DNA of 64,000 nucleotides from Eledone cirrhosa (GCA_964016885.1 OZ024742.1:93434001-93498000); one strand, 5' to 3'. Shown: positions 25,808 through 39,818, counted from the first letter of the stretch. Notes: generated from the letters alone by a model not told the origin. A program made the numbers and translations.

Positions 25808-25995
25808 ATGTCTGTTTAAGCCCCTACATGGACACACTAGAAGAGGAAGACCAAGGTTAACGTATGTTGATGCCCTAAGGACAGACACTGGTCTGTTGGA
25901 GACGCAGGACATGGCAGCGATAATGAGGGACAGAGACCGCTGGAGAGAACTCGTCCATGGATCTCGGGAATTTTACCCGCCTTAGATAGATAGAT
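25808..25995 (+). mobile_element. 3' terminal fragment of another RTE-like LINE with (TAGA)n tail
   Basis: Translates HGHTRRGRPRLTYVDALRTDTG...MRDRDRWRELV. Confidence 0.65.
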
Positions 25996-26008
25996 ATATA
26001 TATATAGT

Positions 26009-26328
26009 TATATAGAAATCACATGAATCAAAGTTCTGTTCAAACCATTTATTAGCTTACAATTGTTTCGTCCAAACCGAGGTTTGGAATCTTCGGAGCA
26101 ATTTTTCAATGATTTTCGGAGCAATTTTTCAATGATTGTTTACATACATGACCTCCTTTCCAACACAAGAGACATACAGAAACATATGTATATATCGAAA
26201 CAATCATTGAAACATTGTAAACAATCATTGAAAAATTGCTCCGAAGACTCCAAACCTCGGTTTGGACGAAACAATTGTAAGCTAATAAATGGTTTGAACA
26301 GAACTTTGATTCATGTGATTTCTATATA
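26009..26328. mobile_element. Inverted-repeat module in (TA)n with a hammerhead-like motif in each arm
   Basis: ~110-bp inverted arms; GCT-CCGAAGA-cTCCAAACC tc GGTTTGGAc-GAAA-CAATTG-TA-AGC at 26238-26282, followed by AATAAA. Confidence 0.8.
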
Positions 26329-26349
26329 TATATATATATATATATGCAT

Positions 26350-27327
26350 GTATGCATATGTATGTACATGTGTATGTGTATGTGTGTATAAATGCATATG
26401 TATATATGTATGTGTGTGTATGTGAATGTATGTGTGTTTATGTATATTTATGTATGTGTGTCTATGGGTATTTATGCATGTGTGTGTGTGTATGCATGTA
26501 AATGTATGTGTGTTTGTGTGTATTTATGTATGTATGTGTGTATGTGTGTTTATATGCATTTATGTATGTGTGTATGAGTGTGAATATATGTGTGTTTGTG
26601 GGTATTTATGTATGTGTGTGTATGCGTGTGAATGTATGTGTTTATGTGTATTTATGCATGTGTGTGTATGTGTGTGAATGTATGTGTGTTTATATGTATT
26701 TATATGTATGTGTGTGAATGTATGTGTGTTTATATGTATTTATATGTATGTGTGTGAATGTATGTGTGTTTATATGTATTTATATGTATGTGTGTGAATG
26801 TATGTGTGTTTATATGTATTGATATGTATGTGTGTGAATGTATGTGTGTTTATATGTATTTATATGTATGTGTGTGAATGTATGTGTGTTTATATGTATT
26901 GATATGTATGTGTGTTTATATGTATTTATATGTATGTGTGTGAATGTATGTGTTTTTATATGTATTTATATTTATGTATGTGAATGTATATGTGTTTATA
27001 TGTATTGATATGTATGTGTGTGAATGTATGTGTATTTATATGTATGTGTGTGAATGTATGTGTGTTTATATGTATTTATATGTTTGTGTGTGAATGTATG
27101 TGTGTTTATATGTATTTATATGTATGTGTATGAATGTATGTGTGTTTATATGTATTGATATGTATGTGTGTGAATGTATGTGTGTTTATATGTATTGATA
27201 TGTATGTGTGTGAATGTATGTGTGTTTATATGTATTTATATGTATGTGTGTGAATGTATGTGTGTTTATATGTATGTGTGTGAATGTATGTGTGTTTATA
27301 TGTATGTGTGTGAATGTATGTGTGTTT
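26350..27327. repeat. ~40-bp minisatellite TGTGTGAATGTATGTGTGTTTATATGTATTTATATGTATG
   Basis: Tandem units visible; the array resumes at 30125-30290 after an RTE insertion. Confidence 0.9.
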
Positions 27328-30122
27328 CATCATCATCATCATCATCTTCGTTTAACGTTCATATTCCACGCTCGCATGGGTTTGGACGGGAGTTTTCCCA
27401 CTTGAGGCAAGAGTGGTTGTCTTGCTCGCATAGGACTGTCTGGCGGGTTTTCTACGGCTTCCTAACATCAACCACATTTACAGTGTGGAACTGGGAGAAT
27501 TTTACCGTGATACCTACACGGCCACATTACAGCGTGGACTGTGTTTTTTTGTCGTGACACCTACACGACCTCATTTGTTTCGGGGTGGATGTTGTGGTAC
27601 CAACATAACTTTACATTGAAAGGGGTGGTGTGGATGGGGTGGGGGTAGTGGGACGGGGTGTATTTTGTTAGAGGTGCCTACTGACTGTAGTAGTTTTCAC
27701 TTTGCACTTAGGTAAGGCGGGTCTTCTGTATTACTGTGTAGCGCCAAAGATCTCGGTCCAGTGACATTGTCTTGGAGAGGTGTAAGTGTGTGAGGTCGGA
27801 ATTTATCAAGTCGTCCCAGGTTTTTCTGGGTCTGCCTACTCCGTGGCTACCATCTATTTTTATTGCCCTGCACTTTTTTATACAGCTGTCGTCTTTCATG
27901 CGCATCACGTCACCATACCAACGTAGTCTTCTCTCGAGTAAACAACATCTGATCCCTCTTATTTCTAATTTCTCCCTTAGTTCGTTTATACTTTGCCGTT
28001 CACGTATATTACTATTACACATCCAGTGGAGCATGCAAGCTTCGTTTCTCTCCAGTCTGCGTATATCCTCTGCACACAATGCCCAGGTCTCACTGCCATG
28101 TAACATTGCTGTTCGTATGCAGGCATCATACAGCCTGCCTTTCATTTTTAAAGAGAACCCTTTAGCGGCCAATAGTGGTATAAGCTCTCTGAACCTTTTC
28201 CATCCGTTCTGAATCTAGCTACTGTACTTTCAGAGCACCCTCCCCCACTGCTGATTTTATCACCCAGGTAACGGAAGCTGTCCACTATTTCTATAGAACA
28301 ATCTGTGTAATGGAATGAGTTAGTATTCTGTGGGCACTTGCAGCTACTTATTGCACCAGAGCACCGGCCAAATATAAAACCTATATTCTTAGTTAGCTTA
28401 CCTGTGATCCCACTACATCTTTTATGTACCCATACTTTGCATTTGGGACATAAAATGGAGTTTCTACCTACTCCTTTCCCACACACTGAGCATGGCCATT
28501 TCCCAGATGGGACCGGTGCCCTATTTTCCTTCCTACAAACTAGAACTTTACTCTTAGACAAGTTAACTTTAAGGCCTTTTGATTCTAGGCCATGCTTCCA
28601 TGTTTGGAATTTCTTCTCTAGTTCAGCCATTGATTCAGATATGAGCGTTAGATCATCTGCATATAGGAGTTCCCATGGGCAGCCGGTCTTGAAGGGCAAT
28701 AATAAATAGTAGGAGGCTAAGGACGGAGCCCTGATGAACACCAACTTTTACGCTAAACTCTTCACTATATTCGTTGTTAATTCTAACCTTGCTGACTGTT
28801 TCTTTATACATGGCTTGTATAGCTCTCACAAGCCATTCATCAACACCTAGTTTTCTAAGGGCCCACCAGATAATCGAGCGGGGTACTCTGTCAAAGGCTT
28901 TCTCCAAGTCAACAAAAGCTAAGTATAGGGGTTTACTTTTAGCTAGGTACTTCTCCTGTAGTTGTCGTACAATGAAAAGAGCGTCTGTTGTACTTTTACC
29001 TGACACAAACCCGAACTGCATTTCGTCTAGATCAATTCGCTCTCTGATTAGTTGCGCTATTACTTTTTCTGTGAACTTCATGACCTGGTCAATTAATTTA
29101 ATGCCTCTATAGTTTCCCCTATCTAGGGCATCACCTTTACCCGTGTAGCAGTTAATGATGATGCTGCTGCGCCAGTCCATCGGAACGACCCCATTCTGTA
29201 TGACTTGGTTTACTATCCGGGTGGCCATAGTGTTTCCCACCGTTCCAGATGCTTTCAGCATTTCGGCAACTATTTCCGAAGGCCCGGCCGCTTTGCACGT
29301 CTTCATGTCTTTGATCGCCTTACTTATTATACTACCTTCAACTTGCACTGCTGGTCCCTCTATTGGGTCGATGTGGGGGAGACTGTCTTTCTTCCAATTA
29401 TTCTCCTCATTTACTAGCCTTTCGTAGTGACACTTCCAAGCTACCTTCTTATCAGCGTCAGTGATGGCAAGTACACTATCATCATTTAGGACACACTTCT
29501 CCCCGACAATATCACTGTTTTCATTGACACATTGCCCAGCAATCCTGAACACCTCACGTTTTTCGTCCTGGCGTTGTAGAACATGCTTGAACTTTCTTTC
29601 CTCTGCTTCCCTTCTTGCGAAGTACACTTGTCTCCTAGCTTCCCTCCTGGCCACTTGATATTCTTCTCTACTTCCACCATCCCGCCATGCTTTCCAAGCC
29701 TGCTTTTTGGCCTTGATTGACCTCTCCACCGTACTGTTCCACCACCAAGTTACTCTCCTCCTGCCTATAGGCCTGCTCCAGCCACAGGTTTCATCTGTCG
29801 CCTTCAGCAGGTTAACTTTCAGGAATTCCCACTGTTCCTCTATACTGTACGACTCTGATTGCTCTTCCTTACTATCAAAAGCATCAAGTAATATGCTTTT
29901 AAATTTATGACTGGCTGTGGGGTCCTTTAATTTCCATATTTTTCTCCTGAGGATAGTCCTCTTTTGTTGTCGAATACGTCTCGTCCTGACTATGAGGTCG
30001 CTAATTATGAGTCTATGTTGAGACGTGCATTCTTCATGGGGGAGGGATTTAGTGTTTACAACAGACACTCTGTCACGTCTCCTGGTAAGGATATAATCTA
30101 CCTGGCTTGTGTGTTCCCCCGA
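27328..30122 (-). mobile_element. RTE LINE (family 2), 5'-truncated within the APE domain, frameshifted
   Basis: APE end (..DYIL, SQHRLIISDL), full RT motif set and C4HC3 insert over three ORFs, UTR, (GAT)n tail. Confidence 0.93.
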
Positions 30123-30432
30123 TCTATTTATATGTATTTATATGTATTTATATGTATGTGTGTGAATGTATGTGTGTTTATATGTATTTATATGTATGTG
30201 TGTGAATGTATGTGTGTTTATATGTATTGATATGTATGTGTGTGAATGTATGTGTGTTTATATGTATTGATATGTATGTGTGTTTATATGTTTTGATATG
30301 GTATGTATGAGAAATCTTGTAAGAAATCTTGTAAAATCCCATATGATTCAGGTTGAATGATATATAACATTTGTGGTGTAATATACCCACGTAATTTTAG
30401 ACACGGGTTTACTGTGTTTACTTCTACACATA

Positions 30433-30582
<150 letters not shown>

Positions 30583-30875
30583 TGTGTGTGTGTGTGTGTG
30601 TGTGTTTATATTTGCCAATGTTAATGTTCACTATAGTATCAGAAGAAAGATTGACAGCAGGGTGTACCATATCGTATCAGGCAATAAATAAATGTAACTA
30701 TTTGTAAAAAAGAGAAAAACAATGTGTAAACAGTTAAACTATCTTCCTCAGGTGATGAGCTGTAGACAGAGACTAATATTTTTTGTAAAGTTGTGTTTTG
30801 CATAGAGAAATGTTTATATAAAGCACACAGACAAACGTACATACATGCATGACTACGTACATACATACATATATA

Positions 30876-30975
<100 letters not shown>

Positions 30976-31331
30976 TATATATATTTATATATATATACAT
31001 ATATATATGCATATATATAGTTTTATAAATATGCAGATACATACGTACATGCATGCATACAGGTATATGATTGTAACATGCATATATATATATGCATGTG
31101 TTTATGTTTTCAGATGTACTTTTGTGAATATGCCTATAGAGATATATATAAACATATGAAAGCCTCTATATGTAAGCTGTTGTATATTGAAACTATTCTA
31201 AAAACCTGTATATATCGACTTACACACGTATATGTTAATGTGCTCACATAAGTACACAACACACATACACGAGCACAAAAACACGCATATACAAAACACA
31301 CACACATGTATATATATATATACATACATAC

Positions 31332-31407
<76 letters not shown>

Positions 31408-31837
31408 TATAAAGACGTGGATAAAACACACATACCAGAAAGCAGCCACACCAATGAAAATCTTCTACCAAGACACCTCACCATCATTATCGTCACCTGT
31501 AAACAGCAACTGCAAAAAACTGAGCAGTATTCCAAGCTGATCGATAAGATGTTGAAATCAAATAAACTTCTGACTCATTCACACATCACTACTTTGTTTT
31601 ATTTGGTCCTTTTTTACCAATTGATGATGAAAAATTCTGTAAGATTTTGATCGATGTGGAATTCTTTACAGAAGCAGAAAATTAAGATGTAGAAACTTTT
31701 CTTCATTACTATTTTTTATAATATTGAAATTAATAGTACTGACTAGTTGACTCTATGTGTGCTGTGTATAACAAATCTTTAATATATTTAAGATATTTTT
31801 CAAGCTATATTCATTAGTGTATCTATATATATATATA

Positions 31838-32486
31838 GTTACACCAATGGATCTCGCGATTTCAGAGTCATGTTCGATCATCGCATCGATCGTGTCTCGA
31901 GCTGGTCGCCAGAGAAACGTGTTTAAGGGCAGTGAACCAGTGGCCTCTGAGGGACGAACTGCTAGAAAGGGCAGCCCAAAGCCACTCAGAGAAGTGTGCT
32001 CAACCAAACAGAGATAGGAAAGACTGTTATTAGGAGCGAAATATCACGATAAATTAACTGAGGCGTAGGCCCTCGGTATTCCCTGTAAATAATGTGGTCA
32101 AAGGAGAAGAAGAAATCCTGAGCTCTTTAAAATACAATATGTTGAAAAGGTAACACACCAGAGAGAGATATACAGTGCATTATCAAACAAATTACTGGTG
32201 AAACATATCTTTGGATTTGTACGTGTGTTATATAGTTATATAGGTATTTATTTACGCTTTAATTTATATTTTTAATTATCGTGTCTATAGTCTGCCTTTC
32301 ATAGGTTATAGATTCCATACACTGGTGGTTTTTTCCCCTGTTTTATTGATAATGCACTGTATATCTCTCTCTGGTGTGTTACCTTTTCAACATATTGTAT
32401 TTTAAAGAGCTCAGAATTTCTTCTTCTCCTTTGAGCACATTATTTACAGGGAATAGCGAGGGCCTATGCCTCCGTTAATTTATCGC

Positions 32487-32489
<3 letters not shown>
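31838..32489. mobile_element. (TA)n-embedded module with ~140-bp inverted arms and a one-sided extension
   Basis: 32048-32187 is the reverse complement of ~32347-32486; unique ~210-bp extension on the left. Confidence 0.75.
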
Positions 32490-32517
<28 letters not shown>

Positions 32518-32521
<4 letters not shown>

Positions 32522-32780
32522 ATACTTGGGGAGGGTCATATTTGTGTAATATTGCCAGAATTAATAACAGAACACACTCACTGTTTGGTTGGTTTTCGCT
32601 TTTCGCTTCTTTGTCTTTTATATCGGTAATTAAATTTATTCGGTCCTCAATGTTGCCATTGACTGACCAACGGTCAAAAATACAGATACAATATAGACAC
32701 AAACACATATAGTTTATCAAAGTTCTTTCGTTGCACATCTGCAACATCGTCAGTGGTGTTATTTTTTCCTCCCGTTGCAT
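32518..32780. mobile_element. 'TGTTATACTTGGGGAGGGTCAT' family, single-arm copy
   Basis: Aligns with 10683-10902. Confidence 0.75.
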
Positions 32781-32792
32781 ATATATATATAT

Positions 32793-32962
32793 ATATAGAA
32801 AAGGCTTCTACAGGACTAAAACTGTTTCATTCGAGAGAAATCATCATAGAATGAAACAGTTCTAGTCCCGAAGAAGCCTTTTCTATATTAAATATTTATA
32901 CTCTGCTTTGTATTGAGTACCTTACTTAGTGTGGTTACCCCCGATTGAGCCCGGGATAAACT
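32793..32962 (+). mobile_element. Palindrome-plus-tail module in (TA)n, same family as 37029-37222
   Basis: ~40-bp arms at 32793-32832 and 32849-32888; tail TTTATACTCTGC..TGTATTGAGTACCTTACT. Confidence 0.75.
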
Positions 32963-33213
32963 TATATATATATATATAATTTCAAATAAAGAGCCCGAAT
33001 GACTAAGTCATTAGAATATATATTCAAAACGGAGGTTGCACAGGACAAATGTTCCAATGTGCAGTGGTATGAATGCTATCAACCTTTACGCACCGACGCT
33101 ATGGTGATTTCCAGAGGCTGACAGAGGAGCTGGGATTGTTCGTCTTACCGTTGTATTTTTCTATTGTCTTTGTCCTGTGTGCCCTAATTTTGAATCCCCC
33201 TCTCTCTCTCTCT

Positions 33214-33249
<36 letters not shown>

Positions 33250-33339
33250 ATAATAATAAAATTGAAGACTAAAATCCAAAGAGGGCTCGATAAGGAAAAT
33301 ATATATCAAATATATAAGAACCGTAGAGCAAATATTTAT

Positions 33340-34430
33340 TAAAATAACAGATTAAAGTTTAAGCAAAGAATCGCTGCTTTCACCCTTAACGTAAGGGGCC
33401 AGGTTCGCTAAGATGAAAAATGTATATGTCTGTTTATCTCTCTTTTATATTCAATTATGATATACTGCTCGGAAAAATCTCTTTCCTAGAGCTATTTTAT
33501 TGTAAGAGACTATTTTGAGTTTCTAACTCAATATATACCTTTGATATATATATATATATATATATAAAGTAAACTTTGGTTAAATTCACAATATTTTCAT
33601 TTGTCGAATACATGTGTTTCACTGAGGAAGCTTTGTTGAAAAAGTCAGCCTTTGTATTTAGGAATGTTTTCGCAGTAAATACCCGTCTTAAGATATTCCA
33701 TCGTACATTGTTGCACAATTTACACATGTTCTTTGCGATGAGGTAAAGAATTGACCGTTCCAGGATTTTCAATTTAATGAAGTTCGCAACGGCATCTTTG
33801 AGGAACCAGACGTCACTTGTCATGGCTGATCGTTTATCTGGGTGTCTAAATATCATTTTGTAGTTTACGAAGCGGCTTTTGAAGCGACCTTCTGACATAT
33901 TCATATATGTCTCGACATCCTACTACTGATTCGATTGGGTAGAGGTTACCTCAGCTTCATATGCCACCGTGGGTGTATTACCCCTGCTGATTAAGAGGGC
34001 ATGGTTCCGGCTTTCAGTGTGAATATCACGGTGCGGATGTTTGTTGGTGATGTGGGTGTCATGTTTTTGGCGCAAGAGTAATCGATTTTTATTGTATGTC
34101 GGTTAAAAATTTGTCGATATTTATAGTATATAGAGAAGTGCTTGTCAATAAGGACTAGGAATTTGTTTTCCTATGTTGGTGTTAACATTGAGCAAGAAAG
34201 GTGAGAGAAGAATTATATTATTGGTTTCTTTAATTTTTTTTTTAGCAGTAATTGAGTGTTGTTCAAGAGAATAAGACAATTTTTCGGTGAAACTGCTGTT
34301 GGATAGTGCTCTGTTATAATAGGGGACCCACCTATCAAAGATGACTTTATTAGAAAAGTTCTTAATGAGGTTTTTAAAAGCTGTACGAGGATGGCAGGAA
34401 TATTTTTGTATGTACCTACTGACCAACAAC
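33340..34430 (-). mobile_element. Degenerate Penelope-like element: RT thumb, linker and GIY-YIG region
   Basis: YIQKYSCHP, YYNRAL..S.F, LNVNTNIGK, SEGRFKSRF, ILERS and CKLC across broken ORFs. Confidence 0.7.
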
Positions 34431-34997
34431 TAACACACACCCTCATAACCTTATATACATACACATATCCTCACAGCTTCATACTTACAACAAAACACAC
34501 ACATACATACGCGCGCACGCACAAACACACACTCTGTTAAACTTATATATACACGCATCTCCTCTTAGCTTCGTAAGGACAACAACACACACATGCGCGC
34601 ACACGCACAAATACAGTCTCGATGTTTTCCTTTTAAGCTACACAGAAAAGTGTGTTTAATTCACTGTGTATCTGATAAAGTATTTACATGAAGATTTGTG
34701 TGTATGTAACTTATTAAGACGTAACGTACGTAACGAAAGCGTAAACACACTCACACTCATTGACACATACACACACATATACAAAATGTGACGTTGACGT
34801 GATTTTATAAAATAACCGTTTACTCTTCTATAGTAGATTATTTCAAATAAAGTGTTATATTGTTTAAATCCGAATTAAAATAATAATTATATGTTGCCAC
34901 TACGGGATCTAATACTATAACCAAGTAAAATTTGCTTTGCTTAGGTCGTGCCGCTTGGGAATGCATAAAGAAAATACAGACAGACTTAGAAACAAAG

Positions 34998-35062
<65 letters not shown>

Positions 35063-35104
35063 GAAAGTAAAACAAAGAAGCCTTCAATACATCAAAAGTC
35101 TTTG

Positions 35105-35147
35105 TTAGCCGACAATGTTTCGTCCTATTAAGGACTCATCAGGGCAA
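35105..35147 (-). ncRNA. Canonical minimal type I hammerhead ribozyme inside a (TA)n-flanked ~250-bp module
   Basis: Minus strand GCC-CTGATGA-GTCCT taat AGGAC-GAAAC-ATT-GTC-GGC; GUC cleavage triplet. Confidence 0.85.
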
Positions 35148-35303
35148 TTAAAACAACAAGAAGTATTATCGGCAGATACAAGCCGGAAGCTCCGAAGCTT
35201 CTTAATTTTTCGGCTCTGTTTAACTACATTGAGCTATACCTTTTACTGTCATTTCTATAATACGAAGAGGGTGTTCAACTCCAACACGCTCCAGTATTTT
35301 AAC

Positions 35304-35350
<47 letters not shown>

Positions 35351-35506
35351 CATTATCGGAGAAAGCTAATAGCGATACTACGGCCAAATCCCAACTCACT
35401 CAACAAACATTAGGAAATAAGTGAGTATATTCCTAATTAAACGTTCGGGGTGCTAACTAATTGTATTGTGTGGAAAATTGGCTGTATTATTTCATATGAG
35501 ATATAT

Positions 35507-35568
<62 letters not shown>

Positions 35569-35570
<2 letters not shown>

Positions 35571-35924
35571 AAAGTGAGGTTTCTTTTACAAAATAAAGAA
35601 TAACCGAGGTGTCCTACACGAGTGAAAGTATAAAGAAAAAGAGATGAAATCGAAAATGCAACTGGAGTCTTATTTTTTAAAAAAATATATATATTTATTT
35701 GGTTCCTTTACCGGTTTCGCAGTTCTTCTGCTTTTCAAAAGGTGAGTTGAGATGGAGGGTCTGTGGTTTTTCTCACATCTGATGTGAGAAAAACCACAGA
35801 CCCTCCATCTCAACTCACCTTTTGAAAAGCAGAAGAACTGCGAAACCGGTAAAGGAACCAAATAAATATATATATTTTAAAAAAAAATAAGACTCCAGTT
35901 GCATTTTCGATTTCATCTCTTTTT

Positions 35925-35931
<7 letters not shown>
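35569..35931. mobile_element. Near-perfect 303-bp palindrome (35629-35931, axis at 35780) with a 60-bp one-sided tail, in (TA)n
   Basis: 151-bp arms around a 1-nt spacer; each arm carries CCTT-TTGAAAA-GCAG aagaa CTGC-GAAA-CCGG-TA-AAGG. Confidence 0.88.
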
Positions 35932-35994
<63 letters not shown>

Positions 35995-36673
35995 CGAAAA
36001 GCACCACATCAAGGAAAACAATGCGTGTAAAACAAATGAAAATGGAAAGCGCAAGTAATGAAGACAATGCTTATAGTCTGAAATTCGGCCGATTCTTCCC
36101 CGCCAAACAAAGTAATTGCAGTGACCATGAAGAGCTATAGCATTTTGAGGATTTAGTGTCCTTGGTCTGGCTGGAGAGGCATCGGTGAGTGTTGAGGCTG
36201 GGATTCAGACATGCACTGTCCATACACACATACACAGTGTTTAGTATTTCAATGAAGTGAGGGGTCTATATTCCATAGCCGATCTGCCCATGCATCAGTT
36301 GTCACAGTACCGGACTGAAGGCCCCATCCCCAGGTTGAGTCACACAGTGACATGCTAACTGTAATCCTCACAGAGCTACCTTTTCAGTTGAATTTAGCAG
36401 ACAATCACTAAGTACGGACGCTGTTATGTATATGTAAAGTAAGATGTATATTATATTTGTGTGAGACCTTCATATGGATTTTCCATAATCAGTTAGATGC
36501 AATATGAAGTGGTCATAAAGTTGAGAGAATCATTAGTAAGAGATAATGATAAAATTAATATGGACATTTATTTAAGTAAAGAACCAATGTTGGATAAGTT
36601 GTTTAGCTATTCAGATTTTAATAAAGACAGATACCCTAATTAGTCAATAATTTATGCTTTCACACACATAAGC

Positions 36674-36765
<92 letters not shown>

Positions 36766-36987
36766 ATATATAAGATCAAAAGATGGTTAAAAGAGTTCCA
36801 TGTATTTTATTATGCGCATTTCAAAAACAAATATCATCATGCAATAATATTTGTGTTTTCATCAGATAAAATAGGAAGACATGATATTTTTGATCTTATA
36901 TATTATGTATACGCCAGTCCTACAAACTGTAGAGTGCTTCTTATCCGATATCTGCATTGCTTTATTGTACTACAATAAAACTCACCT

Positions 36988-37028
<41 letters not shown>

Positions 37029-37032
<4 letters not shown>

Positions 37033-37222
37033 TTAATATAGATGAGATTCTACAGGACTAGAACTGTTTCATTCATTAGAAATCATCACCTGATGATTTC
37101 TAATGAATGAAGCAGTTCTAGTCCTGTAGAATCTCATCTATATTAAAACTTTTATACTCTGCTATGTATTGAGTACCTTACTTACTCTGGTTACCTCCGA
37201 TTCAACCCGGAATAACGTACCT
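37029..37222 (+). mobile_element. 122-bp palindrome (37029-37150) plus tail in (TA)n, with a truncated hammerhead-like core at the axis
   Basis: 60-bp arms with one mismatch around a CC spacer; CTGATGA...GAA(A/G)C...GTC. Confidence 0.8.
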
Positions 37223-37242
37223 ATATATATATATATATATAT

Positions 37243-37498
37243 TGGAGGTGTCACGACAAAAAGCACCCAGCCCACACTGTAAAGTGGACGTGTAGGCGCG
37301 ACGGTAAAAAAAAGCACACGCCACTCACTGTAAGTGATGTTGGTGTTAGGAAGGGCATCCAGCTGTAGAAATCAAGCTACATTCAGTTCCTGTATGAGCA
37401 AGACAAGGTCACCCGACTTGGCATTGCCCACTATAGGACAACCCGCCTAACCCATGCTAGCGTGGAAGAATGGACATAAAATGGTGATGATGATGATG

Positions 37499-37500
<2 letters not shown>
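37243..37500 (+). mobile_element. RTE 3'UTR-only insertion with (GAT)n tail
   Basis: Matches ~120-379. Confidence 0.8.
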
Positions 37501-37577
<77 letters not shown>

Positions 37578-37894
37578 GAAGTGTTGTAGTTTTCTTGAAG
37601 CATTGTGGAATATGAGATACAAATACAACTAGGAAATAAGTTTGGTCATTTGGAAGCTCGTCAATGCAGGACTAAAATGTCACATCCGTGATTCTCATGT
37701 TTAAGTATTAAGCGATGCCATTACTTGAAATCCAGTTTCAGCGATCATCATCATGAATGTATATCTCCAATTAAAAAACTTTCAAAGCACAGGTATTGCA
37801 TATTCAGGATCTGTTACAAGTTCGAGTAATCTGACCAGCGATTGCAATACTCTTAGCAGAGTTGCAGCCATCCTATATATATATATATGTATAT

Positions 37895-37929
<35 letters not shown>

Positions 37930-38264
37930 CAGGGGAGAGGGGAAGAGAAACGTGTGTGTATGTATGTATATATGCATGTACCGTGTTGGCACCAGAAAAG
38001 GGCAGATCCATATTAACTTATGGCTGGGCCCCTACTCTTGTGTAGCCACTTGGCTTCAGCAGAGGCAGTATTATGAATAATACAATAATGCAAATGTCAT
38101 TGAATTGTAAAACCTTGCCCGAAAAAGAAACGTTTGTCAGCGGGCTCCCAAGGCTAACCCTTACCTTAGCTGGGAAAATAGTCCTAAATTCTTGTTTTTT
38201 GTTGCTGTATATATACATTTTTAGTTACTTTATGGGTTTTGTAGAATTTATCATTAGTCTATAC

Positions 38265-38478
38265 CAGTGGTTCTCAAACAGTGTGCCGCGAGATCTTCCT
38301 AAGTGTGCCGCGAAATTTTGAACGGCACACTAAGAACAAAAATATTATCTATGAAACAATTAATAAATATATATGAAAAATATTATTTTTCATATATATT
38401 TAGCCAGGTGTGCCGCTATCTTTTGATGTGTTGCAAGGTGTGCCGTTGGCAAAAAAAAAAAAAGGTTGAGAACCACTG
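38265..38478. mobile_element. Charlie/Buster-type hAT MITE (214 bp)
   Basis: TIRs CAGTGGTTCTCAA / TTGAGAACCACTG; perfect 8-bp TSD GTCTATAC; subterminal GTGTGCCG repeats. Confidence 0.92.
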
Positions 38479-38863
38479 GTCTATACTCAGGTAATAAAAA
38501 CACAATGTTGAATGCCTCTGTAAATTACTGAATTTGACTAAGTAGCAAGGAAAGATAACTTTGAATGTAATTTTTAAAAATATTGTTTTTATTTTGGTTT
38601 TATAAAAACAAAACCTGAAGGTATGCAATGTGAGTTATATAAAGATTCATATAAACTTCAACAATGGTAGAATATATTCCTCAATTATTTCCGTTGCAAG
38701 TATTTGTAATATTTTAAAAATATATATTTTATACATCATAACATTTTATTACCTGCATATTTTCTTCACAGAGCTGATGATTGCCAACCTGAGTTCCCAT
38801 AATATTGCTATTTATTTATCACACACAAACATTAACTCATATATTATTTATTGTTAACGCAGC

Positions 38864-38903
<40 letters not shown>

Positions 38904-39043
38904 TATATATATATGCATATATGTGTGTGTATGGCTCTATATGTAACTAAACGTAAAGCCAATATTGATAATATTGTGCAAAGTTTTAATATTTAATGGT
39001 TATGTATATATACACACACGAATATATATATATGTATATATAT

Positions 39044-39110
<67 letters not shown>

Positions 39111-39355
39111 GAGAGAATGAGAGAGAGAGAAAGAATACACACATATATACATATATATACACATAAGTGTATACAAGTGTGAAATCTCCTGTATATATGA
39201 CTTGTTCTGTTTATTTATCATTTTCCTATATTTTTATGAATATTGTTTCTAATGCAAAAGCAGCAAACAAATTTTTTTTATCAATTTCTTGCTTAGCAGA
39301 AAAACCCTAAACAAATAGATAAGTAATGTAAAACATATAAAATAGACACACATAC

Positions 39356-39435
<80 letters not shown>

Positions 39436-39519
39436 CTAGATAGATAAACAATTGTACATACACAAATACATATGTACACATTGCCTCAACATTGGTTGTG
39501 TTTGTGTGTATGGGTATAT

Positions 39520-39553
<34 letters not shown>

Positions 39554-39555
<2 letters not shown>

Positions 39556-39818
39556 CGTTTCTGAATTTGTTGAAACGATATTGTTATACTTTGGGAGGGT
39601 CTTGTTGCCAATAAGAAACACACGCACCAGTTGCTTTCACTTCAATTTATTATAAATTTCCGGTTGGTTGGTTGGTTCCACAACCGGATGGTTGTTCATA
39701 TATTGTCAAAGTTCTTTCGTCACACATTCTGTGACCTCTTCGTAAATTTACAATAAATTGAAGTAAAGCAACGGGTGCGTGTGTTTGTTATTGGCAACAT
39801 GACCCTCCCAAAGTATAT

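Noticed and set aside
26350-27327. Regular ~40-bp repeats as a CRISPR array
   Set aside because: No unique spacers, no cas genes, eukaryotic context
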